A DNA stretch of 64,000 nt from an uncultured Acidobacteriota bacterium (GCA_963849525.1 CAWKHL010000004.1:196999-260998), one strand, 5' to 3'. Positions 7,946-18,695 are shown, counted from the stretch's first letter. Made by a program: numbers and translations. Notes: generated by a model not told the origin, from the sequence alone.

Positions 7946-9182
7946 CAGTCCAATACAGCAGCCGCGTGCGAATCGTGCCCTCGATCGTTTCGAGCTCCTG
8001 CCGAACGAGGCGCGTGTCGGCGCCCTCTGCCGCGTCGATGTCGATCACGACGTAGCCCAGCCGCGGCGTCGTCTCGAGGAACTGCGCCGACACGTTGACG
8101 TTGTGGCGAGAGAACACGGCGTTGATCTGCGAGAGCAGGCCCGGGCGGTTGTGGTGAATGTGGATCAGCCGGTGCTTGCCGGGATGGTCGGTGAGCGAGA
8201 CCTCCGGGAAGTTCACCGCGGTGAGCGTGCTGCCGAGGTTGCTGTAGGCGATCAGCTTCTCGGCGACTTCGCTGCCGATACCCTCCTGGGCCTCTTCCGT
8301 GCTGCCGCCGATGTGCGGCGTCAGCAGCACCTGGTCGAGCTCACGAAGCGGGGAGACGAAGGGCTGGCCCTTGCCGCCCGGCTCCTTTGGAAACACGTCG
8401 ATCGCGGCGCCCGACAGCCGGCCGGCCTGCAGGGCGCGCGCCAGGGCGTCCAGGTCGACGACCAGTCCGCGCGAGGCGTTGATCAAGCACGCGCCGTCGC
8501 GAATCTGCGCGATCTCTCGCTCGCCGATCATGCCGCGCGTGGCCTGCGTGTCCGGGACGTGCAGGCTGATGGCATCGGCCTGCGCCAGCAGATCCGCCAG
8601 CGTCTTGACCGGCGCCGCGTTGCCCATCGCGAGCTTCGTGACGATGTCGTAGTAGATGACGCGCATGCCCATCGCCTCGGCCAGGACGCCGACCTGCATG
8701 CCGATGTGCCCGTAGCCGACAATGCCGAGCGTCTTGCCGCGGACTTCGTGGGCGCCGGCGGCGGACTTGTTCCAGACGCCGCGGTGCAGGTCGGCATTCC
8801 GCCTCGGGATGCCCCGCAAGAGCAGAATCGTCTCGGCGATGACCAGCTCGGCCACGCTGCGCGTGTTCGAGAACGGCGCGTTGAAGACGGGAATCCCGCG
8901 CTCGGCGGCCGCCGCCAGATCCACCTGGTCGGTGCCGATGCAGAAGCAGCCCACCGTGATGAGCCGCCGCGCGTGCGCGAGCACGTCGGCGGTCAAATGC
9001 GTGCGCGACCGGATCCCGATGATGTGCGCCTCGCTGACGGCGTCGATGAGCGCCGGCCCATCGAGCGCCGACGGGAGGCTCACCACGCTCGTGTAGCCGT
9101 CGGCGTTGAACGCCGCCAGGGCGCCCGGATGGATGCTCTCGAGCAGGACGACGGAGATCTTGGTCTTCGGAAACGAAATCAT
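7848..9182 (-). CDS. serA: D-3-phosphoglycerate dehydrogenase with a 34-aa repeat-encoded C-terminal extension
   Basis: Collinear with E. coli-type SerA through ...GTIRTRLLY, which is where E. coli SerA ends. The frame then continues as WTGPGGFAPPDPLSPSLAGPRVPRAAPAGRALRA through repeat copy 3. Confidence 0.95.
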   Translation of the reverse strand: MISFPKTKISVVLLESIHPGALAAFNADGYTSVVSLPSALDGPALIDAVSEAHIIGIRSRTHLTADVLAHARRLITVGCFCIGTDQVDLAAAAERGIPVFNAPFSNTRSVAELVIAETILLLRGIPRRNADLHRGVWNKSAAGAHEVRGKTLGIVGYGHIGMQVGVLAEAMGMRVIYYDIVTKLAMGNAAPVKTLADLLAQADAISLHVPDTQATRGMIGEREIAQIRDGACLINASRGLVVDLDALARALQAGRLSGAAIDVFPKEPGGKGQPFVSPLRELDQVLLTPHIGGSTEEAQEGIGSEVAEKLIAYSNLGSTLTAVNFPEVSLTDHPGKHRLIHIHHNRPGLLSQINAVFSRHNVNVSAQFLETTPRLGYVVIDIDAAEGADTRLVRQELETIEGTIRTRLLYWTGPGGFAPPDPLSPSLAGPRVPRAAPAGRALRA

Positions 9183-11059
9183 GGGGATGAAGGGTCCTTT
9201 GCATGGGCGAGCGCGGCGTTCGCCCGTTCAACCGCATCCTTGGCGGCGTTCGCGATCGCGGCCGTGGGCCGCGCATCCGCGCGCTGAAGCGTCGAGAAGA
9301 GCTCGGACATCGTGCCATAGGCGGCGGCCAGCGCGCCGGCGGACGCCCCGTCCGGCTCGAGTGTGCGCTGCGCCGCGGCGACGCGGTCCAGGGCGCTCGA
9401 GAGCGACTGCGAGAGGGCGAGCTCCTGCGCCAGGTCCGCCGCCGTGGCCCCGACGCGCCGGTCCAGTTTGACCAGCACCGCCTGTCGATAGCTGCGTCCG
9501 CCGACCGTCAGCCTGACCTGGTAGGCGCCGGGAAGGGCCCAGGCGCCGTGCGCGGGCGAGCGCACGCCCGCGGCCGGACTCGAGGCCGGCGGCGCGTATC
9601 GGAGATCCCAGACGATCCGATGCAGGCCGGGCGAGGTGGCCAGCGGCGCGTCGTCCACGGCGTCGCTCGAGTAGCGGCGAAGCACGTCGCCGCTCTGGGC
9701 GTCGAGGATCTCCAGCGAGACGGGCAGCTGCACGGCCTGGCCGAGCAGATAGCTGATGGGCACGCCATCGGGTGGCGTGGCGGCCGTCCGCTCGTCGCGC
9801 GAGTCGGCGGCGTCCACGTCGGTCCGCCACCGCGCGCGCCACGCGACGCCCGGGCTGAACAGGAACGCCCGCGCCGACGCGACGTCCGGCGTGATTTGAC
9901 GCAGCGGCATGATGTCGTCGAGCACCCAGAACCCGAGGCCGCCGGTCGAGAGGATGACGTCGCTGTCTTTGATGGTGACGTCGCGCACCGGGGTCGAGGG
10001 CAGGTTCAGTCGCAGCGGCTGCCAGGAGTCGCCGTCGTCGAACGACACGAACGGGCCGGCGTCGGCGCCGGCGAAGAGCAGGCCTCGGCGCTGGGCATCC
10101 TCTTTGACGACGTAGAGCCTGCCGGCGTCGGCCAACTCGTGCGTGATGAGCGTCCACGTGCGCCCGCCGTCACGGGTGCGGAATAGGGCCGGCGCGTGCG
10201 GCGCCGCCGCCGACGCGTCGACCACCGCGTAGGCGGTGTTGACGTCGAAGTGCGACGCCTCGAGCGCCACGATCCGCGCGGCGGCGACCTGGGCCGGCGT
10301 CACATTGGTCCAGGTGTGCCCGAGATCGCGCGTGACGTGGATCACGCCATTGCTGGCACCGGCCCAGATGAGGTCGGCGTCGATGGCCGATGGGACGAGC
10401 GCCGAGATGGCGGCGGCGCCATGCGCGGCGGGCACCGCGTCCGCTGGATCGGCGCCGCGCGTCGCACCCGTCCCCGCGAGCGTGAGGTCCGGGCTGATGG
10501 CCGCCCACGCCTCGCCCCCGGTTTCGGTCTGCCAGACCACGGTCGATGCGAAGAACAGCGTGCGCCCGTCCGCCGGCGAATACACGAGCGGCGCCGCGAT
10601 GCCGGTCGTGCCGCCTTCGTAGAACGGCGCCACGTCCTGCACTTGGGCCGTCCTCCGGTCGTATCGGGCGAGCCGTCCCAGGTACACGATATCGGGGTCG
10701 TTCGGGTCCGGTGCGACGTAGGAGGCGTCGCCGGATCTGACGGACGGCCGATCCGGCAGCGCATCGTGATTCGTGCCGCCGCGGCTCGACACGCACACGG
10801 CCCGGCCGTCGCTCGACGCGCCGCACACGCGATAGGGAAACGCGGCATCGGTGACGACGTGATCGAAGGCGCCGGTCGGTTGCGCCGTCGCGCCGGCTCC
10901 TGCCCGGCTGAACGGCCCGATCGGCCGCCAGGCAAACTCGCGAAAGAGCGCAGGGTCGATCGTGGCTGGCGGCGACGCGGACGTCCGCCGGGGCGTGACG
11001 CCGCACACGAGAAGCAGGAGGATCAGCAGGCTCGTTGGGCGGAGTCCGATTCTTCGCAC
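9179..11059 (-). CDS. secreted BNR/sialidase-fold (sortilin/VPS10-like) repeat protein
   Basis: Repeated S/T-x-D-x-G-x-T-W-like motifs (TRDLGHTWTNV, TRDGGRTWTL, SFDDGDSWQPL). Signal-like LRPTSLLILLLLVCGV. The start is set at GTG 11059 to clear divergent ftsY. Its TGA overlaps the serA ATG (ATGA at 9179-9182). Confidence 0.75.
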   Translation of the reverse strand: MRRIGLRPTSLLILLLLVCGVTPRRTSASPPATIDPALFREFAWRPIGPFSRAGAGATAQPTGAFDHVVTDAAFPYRVCGASSDGRAVCVSSRGGTNHDALPDRPSVRSGDASYVAPDPNDPDIVYLGRLARYDRRTAQVQDVAPFYEGGTTGIAAPLVYSPADGRTLFFASTVVWQTETGGEAWAAISPDLTLAGTGATRGADPADAVPAAHGAAAISALVPSAIDADLIWAGASNGVIHVTRDLGHTWTNVTPAQVAAARIVALEASHFDVNTAYAVVDASAAAPHAPALFRTRDGGRTWTLITHELADAGRLYVVKEDAQRRGLLFAGADAGPFVSFDDGDSWQPLRLNLPSTPVRDVTIKDSDVILSTGGLGFWVLDDIMPLRQITPDVASARAFLFSPGVAWRARWRTDVDAADSRDERTAATPPDGVPISYLLGQAVQLPVSLEILDAQSGDVLRRYSSDAVDDAPLATSPGLHRIVWDLRYAPPASSPAAGVRSPAHGAWALPGAYQVRLTVGGRSYRQAVLVKLDRRVGATAADLAQELALSQSLSSALDRVAAAQRTLEPDGASAGALAAAYGTMSELFSTLQRADARPTAAIANAAKDAVERANAALAHAKDPSSP

Positions 11060-11090
11060 GGCGTAGCGCCCAGTGTAACGTAGGGAAACG

Positions 11091-12008
11091 ATGGCCTCGT
11101 TCATTTCCCGTTTGCGCGACGGTCTGGCCAAGACGGCCCGTCAGATTCGCGATCGACTGGCCGACGCGCCGCCAGCGTCCGAGGGCGGCGGCGGCCCGCG
11201 CGCGGCCGGCGTCGAGACGCTCGAGGCCCTGGAAGAGGCGCTGATTTCCGCCGACGTCGGCCTGCCGGCCACCGAGCGGATCCTCGCCGCCGTTCGCGCC
11301 GATCGCACCGGTGCGGTCGTCGAGCGCGCGGCGCGGGAGATTCGGCGGGTGCTCAACGACGTCCCCGTGGTCCCCGAATCGGCCGTGCGTCCGCATGTCG
11401 TGCTGATCGTCGGCGTCAACGGCACGGGCAAGACCACGACGGTCGGGAAGCTGGCGAATCTCCTGCGGTCGGCCGGCGAGTCCGTGCTGGTCTGTGCGGC
11501 CGACACGTTTCGCGCCGCGGCCGTCGAGCAGCTTGCCGTGTGGACCGAACGGGCCGGCGTCGATTTCGTGCGCGCCCAGTCGGGCGCCGATCCAGCCGCC
11601 GTCGCGTTCGACGCCGTCTCGGCGGCCCGATCCCGCGACCGCGATGTCGTCCTCATCGACACGGCCGGCCGTCTGCACACGCGGGCGAACCTGATGGCCG
11701 AGCTGGACAAGATCCGCCGGGTGGTCGGCCGCGAAGTCGAGGGCGCGCCGCATGAAGTGCTGCTCGTCCTCGATGCCACGGTCGGGCAGAACGGCCTGGT
11801 GCAGGCGCGCGAGTTCCTTGCGGCGAGCGGCGCGACCGGCATCGTGTTGACCAAGCTGGACGGCACGGCGAAGGGCGGCGTCGCCATCGCCATCGCCCAC
11901 GAGCTGCGACTGCCGATTTGCTACGTCGGCACCGGAGAGAGCCTCGACGACATCGCCCCGTTCGATGCGGACGCGTACGTCGAGGCGCTCTTCACCGAGC
12001 GATGGTGA
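11091..12008 (+). CDS. ftsY: signal recognition particle receptor FtsY
   Basis: Motifs GVNGTGKTTTVGKLA, DTAGRLH and TKLDGTAKGG. Confidence 0.95.
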   Translation: MASFISRLRDGLAKTARQIRDRLADAPPASEGGGGPRAAGVETLEALEEALISADVGLPATERILAAVRADRTGAVVERAAREIRRVLNDVPVVPESAVRPHVVLIVGVNGTGKTTTVGKLANLLRSAGESVLVCAADTFRAAAVEQLAVWTERAGVDFVRAQSGADPAAVAFDAVSAARSRDRDVVLIDTAGRLHTRANLMAELDKIRRVVGREVEGAPHEVLLVLDATVGQNGLVQAREFLAASGATGIVLTKLDGTAKGGVAIAIAHELRLPICYVGTGESLDDIAPFDADAYVEALFTERW

Positions 12009-13093
12009 GCGAGCCCGAGGCGGCCGACGCGCGCTTCATGGCGCGCGCCCTGTTGCTCGCCGAGCGCGGCCGGGGACGGACCAGTCCCAACCCGCTCGTC
12101 GGCGCGGTCATTGTCGATCGCCTTGGCCGGGTGGTGGGGCAAGGCGCGCACCTGCGCGCCGGCGACCCGCACGCCGAGATTTACGCGCTCGACGAAGCGG
12201 GGCCCCGAGCTCGAGAGGCGACGCTGTACTGCACGCTCGAGCCGTGCGCGCACGTCGGACGCACCGGGCCGTGCGTCGAGCGCATCGCGGCCGCCGGGAT
12301 TCGACGCGTCGTGGCCGCCGTGTCCGATCCGAATCCGCTGGTGGCGGGCCGCGGGGTGGCGTTTCTACGGGCGCACGGCGTGCACGTCAACCTTGGGCTC
12401 GCCGCCGAGGCCGCCCGCCGGTTGAACCGTGCGTTCTTCACGTGGGTCACCGAGCACCGCCCGTTCGTGACGATGAAGGCCGCGGTGTCGGCCGACGGCT
12501 TCGTCGGCCAGGCCGGGCGGCGCGTGAAGCTGACCGGGACCGCCGCCGACCGGTGGTTTCAGCGGCAGCGGGCCGAGATCGATGCGATCGCCGTCGGATC
12601 GGGCACCGTGCTCGCCGACGATCCGTGGCTCACCGCGCGGGAGGTGTTTCGTGCACGGCCGCTCACCCGCGTGCTCTTCGACCGCCGGGCGCGCATCCCC
12701 CCAAGCGCCCGGGTGTTCTCGACCCTTGCGGCCGGGCCAGTCATAATGGTCGTGTCCCCGTACGCCGCCTCCGAGTCGGAGGACGCCCTGGCGTCGCTCG
12801 AGCGCGCCGGCGTGACCCTGATGCCGATGGCGGCCGGCGACCTGGGGACCGTGCTCGAGCGCCTGGCGGCGCGCGGCGTGCTGACGCTCCTCGTCGAAGG
12901 CGGGCCGACGCTGCAGACGAGCTTCGTCGAGGCCGGGCTGGTCGACCGGGTGCAGGTGGTGACGACGCCGCGGACGCTGGGAAGCGGCGTGCCGGCGCGA
13001 TGGCTATCGCTCGTCAACGGGGTAGAGCCGCAGAGGCGCCTGCCGTTTGGCGAAGACGTGCTCACGGAATTCGATGTTCACAGGACTGATTGA
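12002..13093 (+). CDS. ribD: bifunctional riboflavin biosynthesis deaminase/reductase RibD
   Basis: Deaminase motifs HAEI..., TLEPCAH and GRTGPC, followed by a reductase domain. The ATG at 12002 overlaps the ftsY stop (ATGGTGA). Confidence 0.9.
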   Translation: MVSEPEAADARFMARALLLAERGRGRTSPNPLVGAVIVDRLGRVVGQGAHLRAGDPHAEIYALDEAGPRAREATLYCTLEPCAHVGRTGPCVERIAAAGIRRVVAAVSDPNPLVAGRGVAFLRAHGVHVNLGLAAEAARRLNRAFFTWVTEHRPFVTMKAAVSADGFVGQAGRRVKLTGTAADRWFQRQRAEIDAIAVGSGTVLADDPWLTAREVFRARPLTRVLFDRRARIPPSARVFSTLAAGPVIMVVSPYAASESEDALASLERAGVTLMPMAAGDLGTVLERLAARGVLTLLVEGGPTLQTSFVEAGLVDRVQVVTTPRTLGSGVPARWLSLVNGVEPQRRLPFGEDVLTEFDVHRTD

Positions 13094-13712
13094 AGCCGTC
13101 GGAGTGATCGAGTCGATTCGGCCGGCGCCCACGGGCCAATGGCTTCGCGTGGCGACCGCGCTCGGCGGCGATCTTCGCGAAGGCGAGAGCATCGCGGTGA
13201 GCGGCGTGTGCCTGACGGTCACGGCGGCCGACCAGACCGGCTTCTCGGCCGACGTGTCGCCCGAGACGCTGCGCGTGACGTCGCTCGGCCGTCTCGCCCC
13301 GGCCGATCCGGTCAACCTCGAGCGGCCGCTGCGGGCGGATGGCCGGCTCGGCGGACATTTCGTTCTGGGCCACGTCGACGCGGTGGGCCGCGTGGCCGCC
13401 GTGACGGCCGACGGCGACTGCCACTGGATCGAGGTGGAAGTCCCGCCCGCGCTGGCGCCGCTGCTCGTGCCGAAGGGGTCCGTCGCGGTCGATGGCATCA
13501 GCCTCACGATTGCCCGGCTCGCCCCGAGGGCGTTCGGCGTGCAGATTGTCCCGTTCACCTGGGAGCACACGGCGCTAGGGCGCCTGCGCGAGGGCGACAC
13601 GGTGAACCTCGAGGCCGATGTGATCGGCAAGCATGTGGCGCGGCTGCTCGCCTTTGGCGGCCCGGAGCAGGCGCGCCCGGACACGGTGGCCGAGGTGCCG
13701 CAGGGTGGCTGA
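13074..13712 (+). CDS. ribE: riboflavin synthase alpha chain
   Basis: [10 protein letters not shown]..., [11 protein letters not shown] and [12 protein letters not shown], showing the duplicated lumazine-binding repeats. Confidence 0.9.
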   Translation: MFTGLIEAVGVIESIRPAPTGQWLRVATALGGDLREGESIAVSGVCLTVTAADQTGFSADVSPETLRVTSLGRLAPADPVNLERPLRADGRLGGHFVLGHVDAVGRVAAVTADGDCHWIEVEVPPALAPLLVPKGSVAVDGISLTIARLAPRAFGVQIVPFTWEHTALGRLREGDTVNLEADVIGKHVARLLAFGGPEQARPDTVAEVPQGG

Positions 13713-13713
13713 C

Positions 13714-14961
13714 ATGACGACCGGCTTGAAGCTCGCGAAAGGGAGCCGTCGGCGCACGCCGTTCGCGACGGTCGAGGTGGCGCTGGAGGCCCTGCGCGCC
13801 GGTCGCATGATCGTCGTCGTCGACGACCAGGACCGTGAGAACGAGGGCGACCTGACCATGGCCGCGTCGATGGTGCGGCCCGAGCACATCAACTTCATGG
13901 TCAAGTACGGCCGCGGCCTCCTATGCCTGGCCATGACGCCGGATCGGCTCGACGAGCTGGACCTCCCGATGGAAGTGGCCGAGAACTCGTCGCGGCGATC
14001 CACGGCCATGTGCGTGTCGATCGACGCGATGGCCGGCACGACGACGGGCGTGTCGGCGGCCGATCGCGCGCAGACGATTCGCACCGCGATCGCGCCCGAG
14101 TCCACCGCGCGGGACCTCGCGCGGCCGGGGCATGTCTTCCCGTTGCGGGCGCGCGCCGGGGGCGTGCTCGTGCGGGCCGGGCACACCGAAGCGGCGGTTG
14201 ACCTGGCGCGCATTGCCGGGACGGCGCCCGCCGGCGTCATCTGCGAAGTGATGAACGACGACGGCACCATGGCCCGCGTGCCGGAGTTGACGAAGTTCGC
14301 GCGCAAGCACGGGCTGCCGATGATCACGATCGCGGACCTGATCCGGTACCGCATGCAGCATGAGAGCCTCGTGCGCCGGATCGCCGAGGCGTCGCTGCCG
14401 ACCGAGTACGGCCCGTTCCGGGTGTTCGCGTACGAGAGCCTCATCGACGGCCAGGCGCATGTGGCGCTCGTGCGAGGCGATATCGGGGACGGCAAGGACG
14501 TCGTCGTGCGCGTCCACTCGAAGTGTCTGACCGGCGACGTGTTTCATTCGACGCGCTGCGACTGCGGGCCGCAGAAGGACGCCGCGATGCGCCGGATCGC
14601 CCAGGAGGGCCGCGGCGTGCTCCTGTACTTGCACCAGGAGGGGCGCGGCATCGGCCTGGCCAACAAGATTCGCGCCTACGCGCTCCAGGACCAGGGCCTC
14701 GACACCGTCGAAGCGAACGAGCGCCTGGGCTTCAAAGCCGACCAGCGCGACTACGGTATCGGCGCGCAGATCCTGCGGGACTTGGGCGTCCGGACGATGC
14801 GGCTGCTGACGAACAACCCCAGGAAGTTCGTGGGCCTGGATGGCTACGGCCTGTCGGTGGTCGAATCGCTGCCGATCGAAATCGCGCCGGCGACGGAGTT
14901 CACGCGGCGGTATCTGAAGACCAAGAAGGACAAACTCGGGCACACGCTGTCCTCCGTCTGA
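13714..14961 (+). CDS. ribBA: bifunctional 3,4-dihydroxy-2-butanone-4-phosphate synthase / GTP cyclohydrolase II
   Basis: [20 protein letters not shown], then [19 protein letters not shown] and [12 protein letters not shown]. Confidence 0.95.
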   Translation: MTTGLKLAKGSRRRTPFATVEVALEALRAGRMIVVVDDQDRENEGDLTMAASMVRPEHINFMVKYGRGLLCLAMTPDRLDELDLPMEVAENSSRRSTAMCVSIDAMAGTTTGVSAADRAQTIRTAIAPESTARDLARPGHVFPLRARAGGVLVRAGHTEAAVDLARIAGTAPAGVICEVMNDDGTMARVPELTKFARKHGLPMITIADLIRYRMQHESLVRRIAEASLPTEYGPFRVFAYESLIDGQAHVALVRGDIGDGKDVVVRVHSKCLTGDVFHSTRCDCGPQKDAAMRRIAQEGRGVLLYLHQEGRGIGLANKIRAYALQDQGLDTVEANERLGFKADQRDYGIGAQILRDLGVRTMRLLTNNPRKFVGLDGYGLSVVESLPIEIAPATEFTRRYLKTKKDKLGHTLSSV

Positions 14962-15087
14962 GCGGCCCGCCTGCCCGCATTGGGGGCGGAGGGCCGTTCA
15001 GAGGGCGCCGGTTGTGAGTTTGGAGCCGCTCTGGTATCGTAACTGTTTGTCCTTCTGCCGGTTAGGGGCAGTAGGACCATCCTGATT

Positions 15088-16437
15088 ATGCTGGACGCGC
15101 TGAGCACGCGGCTGCAGGACGTCTTCAAGACGCTACGAGGCGAGGCGCGGCTGACCGAAACCGCCGTCGATGCCGCGCTGCGCGAGATCCGCCTCGCGCT
15201 GCTCGAGGCCGACGTCAACTTTCGCGTCGTCAAGGCGTTTATCGAGCGCGTGCGCGTCAAGGCCGTGGGCGAGGAGGTGCTGCGCAGCCTCACGCCGGCC
15301 CAGCAGGTGGTCCGGATCGTGCGCGACGAGCTGCTCGCGCTGTTTGGCACCGCGCCCGGCGGGCTCTCGCCCGACCCGCGGTCGCCCCGTGTCGTGCTGA
15401 TGCTCGGGCTGCAGGGCTCGGGCAAGACGACGACGTCGGCCAAACTGGCGCGGTGGCTGAACGAGCAGGGCAAGCACGCGATGCTCGTCTCGACCGACGT
15501 GCGCCGCCCGGCGGCGATCCAGCAGTTGAACGTGCTGGCCGAACAGATTGGCGCGCGCGTCCACGACCCGGCTGGCGAGATGGACCCGGTCGCGCGCGCG
15601 GCCGGCGCGCTGGCGGCGACGCGCAACCTCGGGTTCGACACGCTGATCGTGGACACGGCCGGACGTCTCCACATCGACGACGAGCTCATGGCCGAGCTCT
15701 CCGCCATCAAGACGGCGGTCGAACCGTCCGACCAGTTGTTCGTGGCCGACGCGATGACCGGCCAGGACGCGATTCGCAGCGCGGGCGAGTTCAACCATCG
15801 CGCCGGCGTGACGGGCGTCGTCCTCACCAAGATGGACGGCGACGCGCGCGGAGGCGCGGCGCTGTCGGTCGTGGGCGTCGTGGGCGTGCCGATTGCGTTC
15901 GTGGGCGTGGGCGAGCGGATCCAGGATCTGGAGCCGTTTCACGCCGACCGGCTCGTGTCGCGGCTCCTCGGGATGGGCGACGTGCTGTCGCTCATCGAGC
16001 GGGCCGAGCAGGCGATCGACGCCGACAGCCGCGCGCGCCTCGAGCAGAAGACGCGGCTCGACGACTTCACGCTCGAGGACTTTCGCGATCAGTTGCGGAC
16101 GATCAAGAAGATGGGGCCGCTCGACCAGATCCTCGGGATGATTCCGGGGATGGGCGGCATCAAGCAGCTCAACGAGCAGCGGGCCCAGGTCGACGACGGG
16201 CAGCTCGCGCGCGTCGAGGCGATCGTCTGCTCGATGACCGTTCGCGAGCGCCGGAACCATGGCGTGATCAACGGCAGCCGCCGCAAACGCATCGCGCGCG
16301 GCAGCGGAACGTCGGTCGAGGACGTCAACCGGCTGCTGAAGCAGTTCGTGCAGATGCGCAAGATGTTGAAGATGATGAGCGGGGCCGGCGGCCGGAAGGG
16401 CCGCCAGCGGCTGATGGGCATGATGCGGGGGCAATGA
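15088..16437 (+). CDS. ffh: signal recognition particle protein Ffh
   Basis: GLQGSGKTTTSAKLA, DTAGRLH and TKMDGDARGGAALS, with a Met-rich C-terminal M domain. Confidence 0.95.
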   Translation: MLDALSTRLQDVFKTLRGEARLTETAVDAALREIRLALLEADVNFRVVKAFIERVRVKAVGEEVLRSLTPAQQVVRIVRDELLALFGTAPGGLSPDPRSPRVVLMLGLQGSGKTTTSAKLARWLNEQGKHAMLVSTDVRRPAAIQQLNVLAEQIGARVHDPAGEMDPVARAAGALAATRNLGFDTLIVDTAGRLHIDDELMAELSAIKTAVEPSDQLFVADAMTGQDAIRSAGEFNHRAGVTGVVLTKMDGDARGGAALSVVGVVGVPIAFVGVGERIQDLEPFHADRLVSRLLGMGDVLSLIERAEQAIDADSRARLEQKTRLDDFTLEDFRDQLRTIKKMGPLDQILGMIPGMGGIKQLNEQRAQVDDGQLARVEAIVCSMTVRERRNHGVINGSRRKRIARGSGTSVEDVNRLLKQFVQMRKMLKMMSGAGGRKGRQRLMGMMRGQ

Positions 16438-16456
16438 TGGATTTGGGGGAGACAGC

Positions 16457-16732
16457 ATGTTAGCGATTCGTTTACGGCGGGCAGGATCCACGGGCAGCCC
16501 GTTCTTTCGTGTCGTGGTGACCGAGAGCAAGTCGCGGCGAGAGGGGCGGTTCGTCGAGGTGTTGGGCTTTTACAACCCGCGCACGACGCCCGAGACGGTC
16601 AAGGTCGACCGCGAGCGGTTGGCGCACTGGCTCAAGGCCGGCGCGCGCCCGTCCGATACGGTGCGGACGCTGGTCGACAGGATGCCGCCGGCGGTCGCGC
16701 CCGAGGCGCCCGCGGCCGTCCCGGCTGAGTGA
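16457..16732 (+). CDS. rpsP: 30S ribosomal protein S16
   Basis: MLAIRLRRAGSTGSPFFRVVVTESKSRREGRFVEVLGFYNP. Confidence 0.95.
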   Translation: MLAIRLRRAGSTGSPFFRVVVTESKSRREGRFVEVLGFYNPRTTPETVKVDRERLAHWLKAGARPSDTVRTLVDRMPPAVAPEAPAAVPAE

Positions 16733-16974
16733 TGTCACGCGCGCGCGATGTCGTCGAGGTCATAGCCAAGGCGCTCGCGGTCCATCCCGAGTCCGTCCTG
16801 GTGACCGAGAGCGAGCGGCGCGGGCAATTGGTCGTTGAGTTGTCGATGCCGCCGGGCGAGCTGGGCCGTGTCATCGGCCGGCAAGGCCGGAGCGCCGCCG
16901 CGCTCAGGACGCTCGTCGCCGCGGCCGGGGAGCTCGAGGGCCACAAGGCGGTCGTCGACATTCGGGACGAGTGA
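16729..16974 (+). CDS. KH-domain RNA-binding protein (YlqC/UPF0109 family)
   Basis: [15 protein letters not shown] (GxxG KH motif). It occupies the conserved position between rpsP and rimM. GTGA overlap with rpsP. Confidence 0.85.
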   Translation: MMSRARDVVEVIAKALAVHPESVLVTESERRGQLVVELSMPPGELGRVIGRQGRSAAALRTLVAAAGELEGHKAVVDIRDE

Positions 16975-17567
16975 CGCGCCCGTCCGAAGCCGCCGCGCCG
17001 GACGGCGGACCGCTTGGCGCGCGTGCGACGCCGATGCCGTGGGACGAGATGATCACCGTGGGCCGCGTGGTCCGGCCCCACGGCAACCGGGGAAATGCGG
17101 TGGTGGTCGTCGAGACCGACTTTGCCGCCGAACGGTTCCACCCCGGGGCGGCGCTGTGGATGCGCCAGGGGGACGGCGTGGTCGCGCTGACCGTGTCCGT
17201 CAGCCGCGAGCGCGACGGCCGGTGGGTTGTGGGGTTCGACGGCGTGACGACGATCGATGCGGCCGAGGCCTTGCGGGGTGTCGAGCTGCGGATTCCGGCG
17301 GCCGAGATTCACGCGCTGCCGCCGGGCGCGCACTACGTCCACGACCTGGTGGGCTGCCACGTGGAAACCGTGGACGGCCGCGTCGTGGGGGTCGTCGGGC
17401 GCGTCGATCGCGACACGGGCACACCCGTCCTGGTGATCGATCGGGCCGGGAGCGAAGTGCTGGTGCCGCTGGTCGACGAGATTTGCCGGCGGGTCGACAT
17501 TGGCGCCAAGCGCATCACGATCGAGCCGCCGGAGGGGTTGCTGGAGTTGAACGACCGACGCTCATGA
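16971..17567 (+). CDS. rimM: 16S rRNA processing protein RimM
   Basis: [18 protein letters not shown]... plus a PRC barrel C-terminus. Synteny rpsP-rimM-trmD-rplS. Confidence 0.9.
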   Translation: MTRPSEAAAPDGGPLGARATPMPWDEMITVGRVVRPHGNRGNAVVVVETDFAAERFHPGAALWMRQGDGVVALTVSVSRERDGRWVVGFDGVTTIDAAEALRGVELRIPAAEIHALPPGAHYVHDLVGCHVETVDGRVVGVVGRVDRDTGTPVLVIDRAGSEVLVPLVDEICRRVDIGAKRITIEPPEGLLELNDRRS

Positions 17568-18325
17568 CGATTGACGTCATCACGATCTTCCCGGCGATGG
17601 TCCGCGCCGTGCTGGCCGAGGGCGTGATCGGCCGGGCGTGCGGGCGCGGACTGGTCGAGATCGGCGTGCGCGATCTGCGCGACTACACCCTCGACCGGCA
17701 CCGGACGGTCGACGACGTGCCGTTCGGCGGGGGACCGGGCATGGTGATGAAGCCCGAGCCGCTGTTTCGCGCCGTCGAGGCCGTCGCGGCCGAGCGGGGC
17801 CGCCCGTCCGCCGTCGTGCTGATGACGCCGCAAGGCCGGCCGTTCACGCACGCGGAGGCGCAGCGGCTGAACGGCCTCGATCGGCTGGTCGTCATTTGCG
17901 GCCGGTACGAGGGCATCGACGAGCGGGTGAGCCAGGCGCTGGTCACCGACGAGATCTCGATCGGCGACTACGTGCTGACGGGTGGCGAGCTGCCGGCGCT
18001 GGTGGTGATTGAGGCGGTGGTCCGGCTGACGCCTGGGGTGGTGGGCGACGCCGGGTCGGTGGCCGACGATTCGTTCGTGCGGGGACTGCTCGACCACCCG
18101 CACTACACGCGGCCGGCGACGTTTCGTGGGATGGAGGTGCCCGAGGTGTTGACATCCGGGCACCACGCGGCTATCGAGCGCTGGCGCCGCCAGGAGCGGG
18201 TCAAGCGGACGCTCGATCGGCGGCCGGATTTGTTGCGAACGGCGGCGCTTTCCGCCGGCGAACAAGATGAGCTCGAGGCGCTGGCGGCCTCGAAGACGAC
18301 GCCCGGCACACGATCCGGGTGGTAA
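17564..18325 (+). CDS. trmD: tRNA (guanine37-N1)-methyltransferase
   Basis: [12 protein letters not shown]..., [13 protein letters not shown] and [15 protein letters not shown] overlap with rimM. Confidence 0.95.
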   Translation: MTIDVITIFPAMVRAVLAEGVIGRACGRGLVEIGVRDLRDYTLDRHRTVDDVPFGGGPGMVMKPEPLFRAVEAVAAERGRPSAVVLMTPQGRPFTHAEAQRLNGLDRLVVICGRYEGIDERVSQALVTDEISIGDYVLTGGELPALVVIEAVVRLTPGVVGDAGSVADDSFVRGLLDHPHYTRPATFRGMEVPEVLTSGHHAAIERWRRQERVKRTLDRRPDLLRTAALSAGEQDELEALAASKTTPGTRSGW

Positions 18326-18347
18326 GGGTTCCTGAAGGAGCGAGGCC

Positions 18348-18695
18348 ATGAAGGCGATTGAGATGATCGAAGCAGGTCACCTGGTGGAACGGCCGGAGAT
18401 GCGGTCCGGCGACACCGTGCGCGTCCACGTGAGGGTGCGCGAGGGCGAGAAGGAGCGGATTCAGATCTTCGAGGGCACGGTGATCGGCATGCACCGCGGC
18501 GGCTCGCGCGCGACGTTCACGGTGCGCAAGGTCTCGTTCGGCCAGGGCGTCGAGCGCATCTTCCCGCTGCATTCGCCGACGATCGACCGGATTGACATCG
18601 TCCGCAGCGCGAAGGTGCGGCGCGCCAAGCTGTACTTCCTGCGCGAGCTGCGCGGCAAGGCCGCGCGGATGAAGGAGCAGAAGCGGACGGCGTGA
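18348..18695 (+). CDS. rplS: 50S ribosomal protein L19
   Basis: [35 protein letters not shown]. Confidence 0.95.
   Translation: MKAIEMIEAGHLVERPEMRSGDTVRVHVRVREGEKERIQIFEGTVIGMHRGGSRATFTVRKVSFGQGVERIFPLHSPTIDRIDIVRSAKVRRAKLYFLRELRGKAARMKEQKRTA

Noticed and set aside
7522-7953. A 143-aa ORF spanning the tandem repeats. A similar case is the 94-aa ORF 61211..61495 across the tsf-pyrH palindrome.
   Set aside because: Their sequences simply echo the repeat units, and there is no start context. They are better explained as non-coding repeats.
14962-15087. Searched here for ribH, an FMN riboswitch or a terminator after ribBA.
   Set aside because: The spacer is only 126 nt and contains only weak GC hairpins. 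There is no room for ribH, and none of the FMN-riboswitch conserved features I could recall are present.
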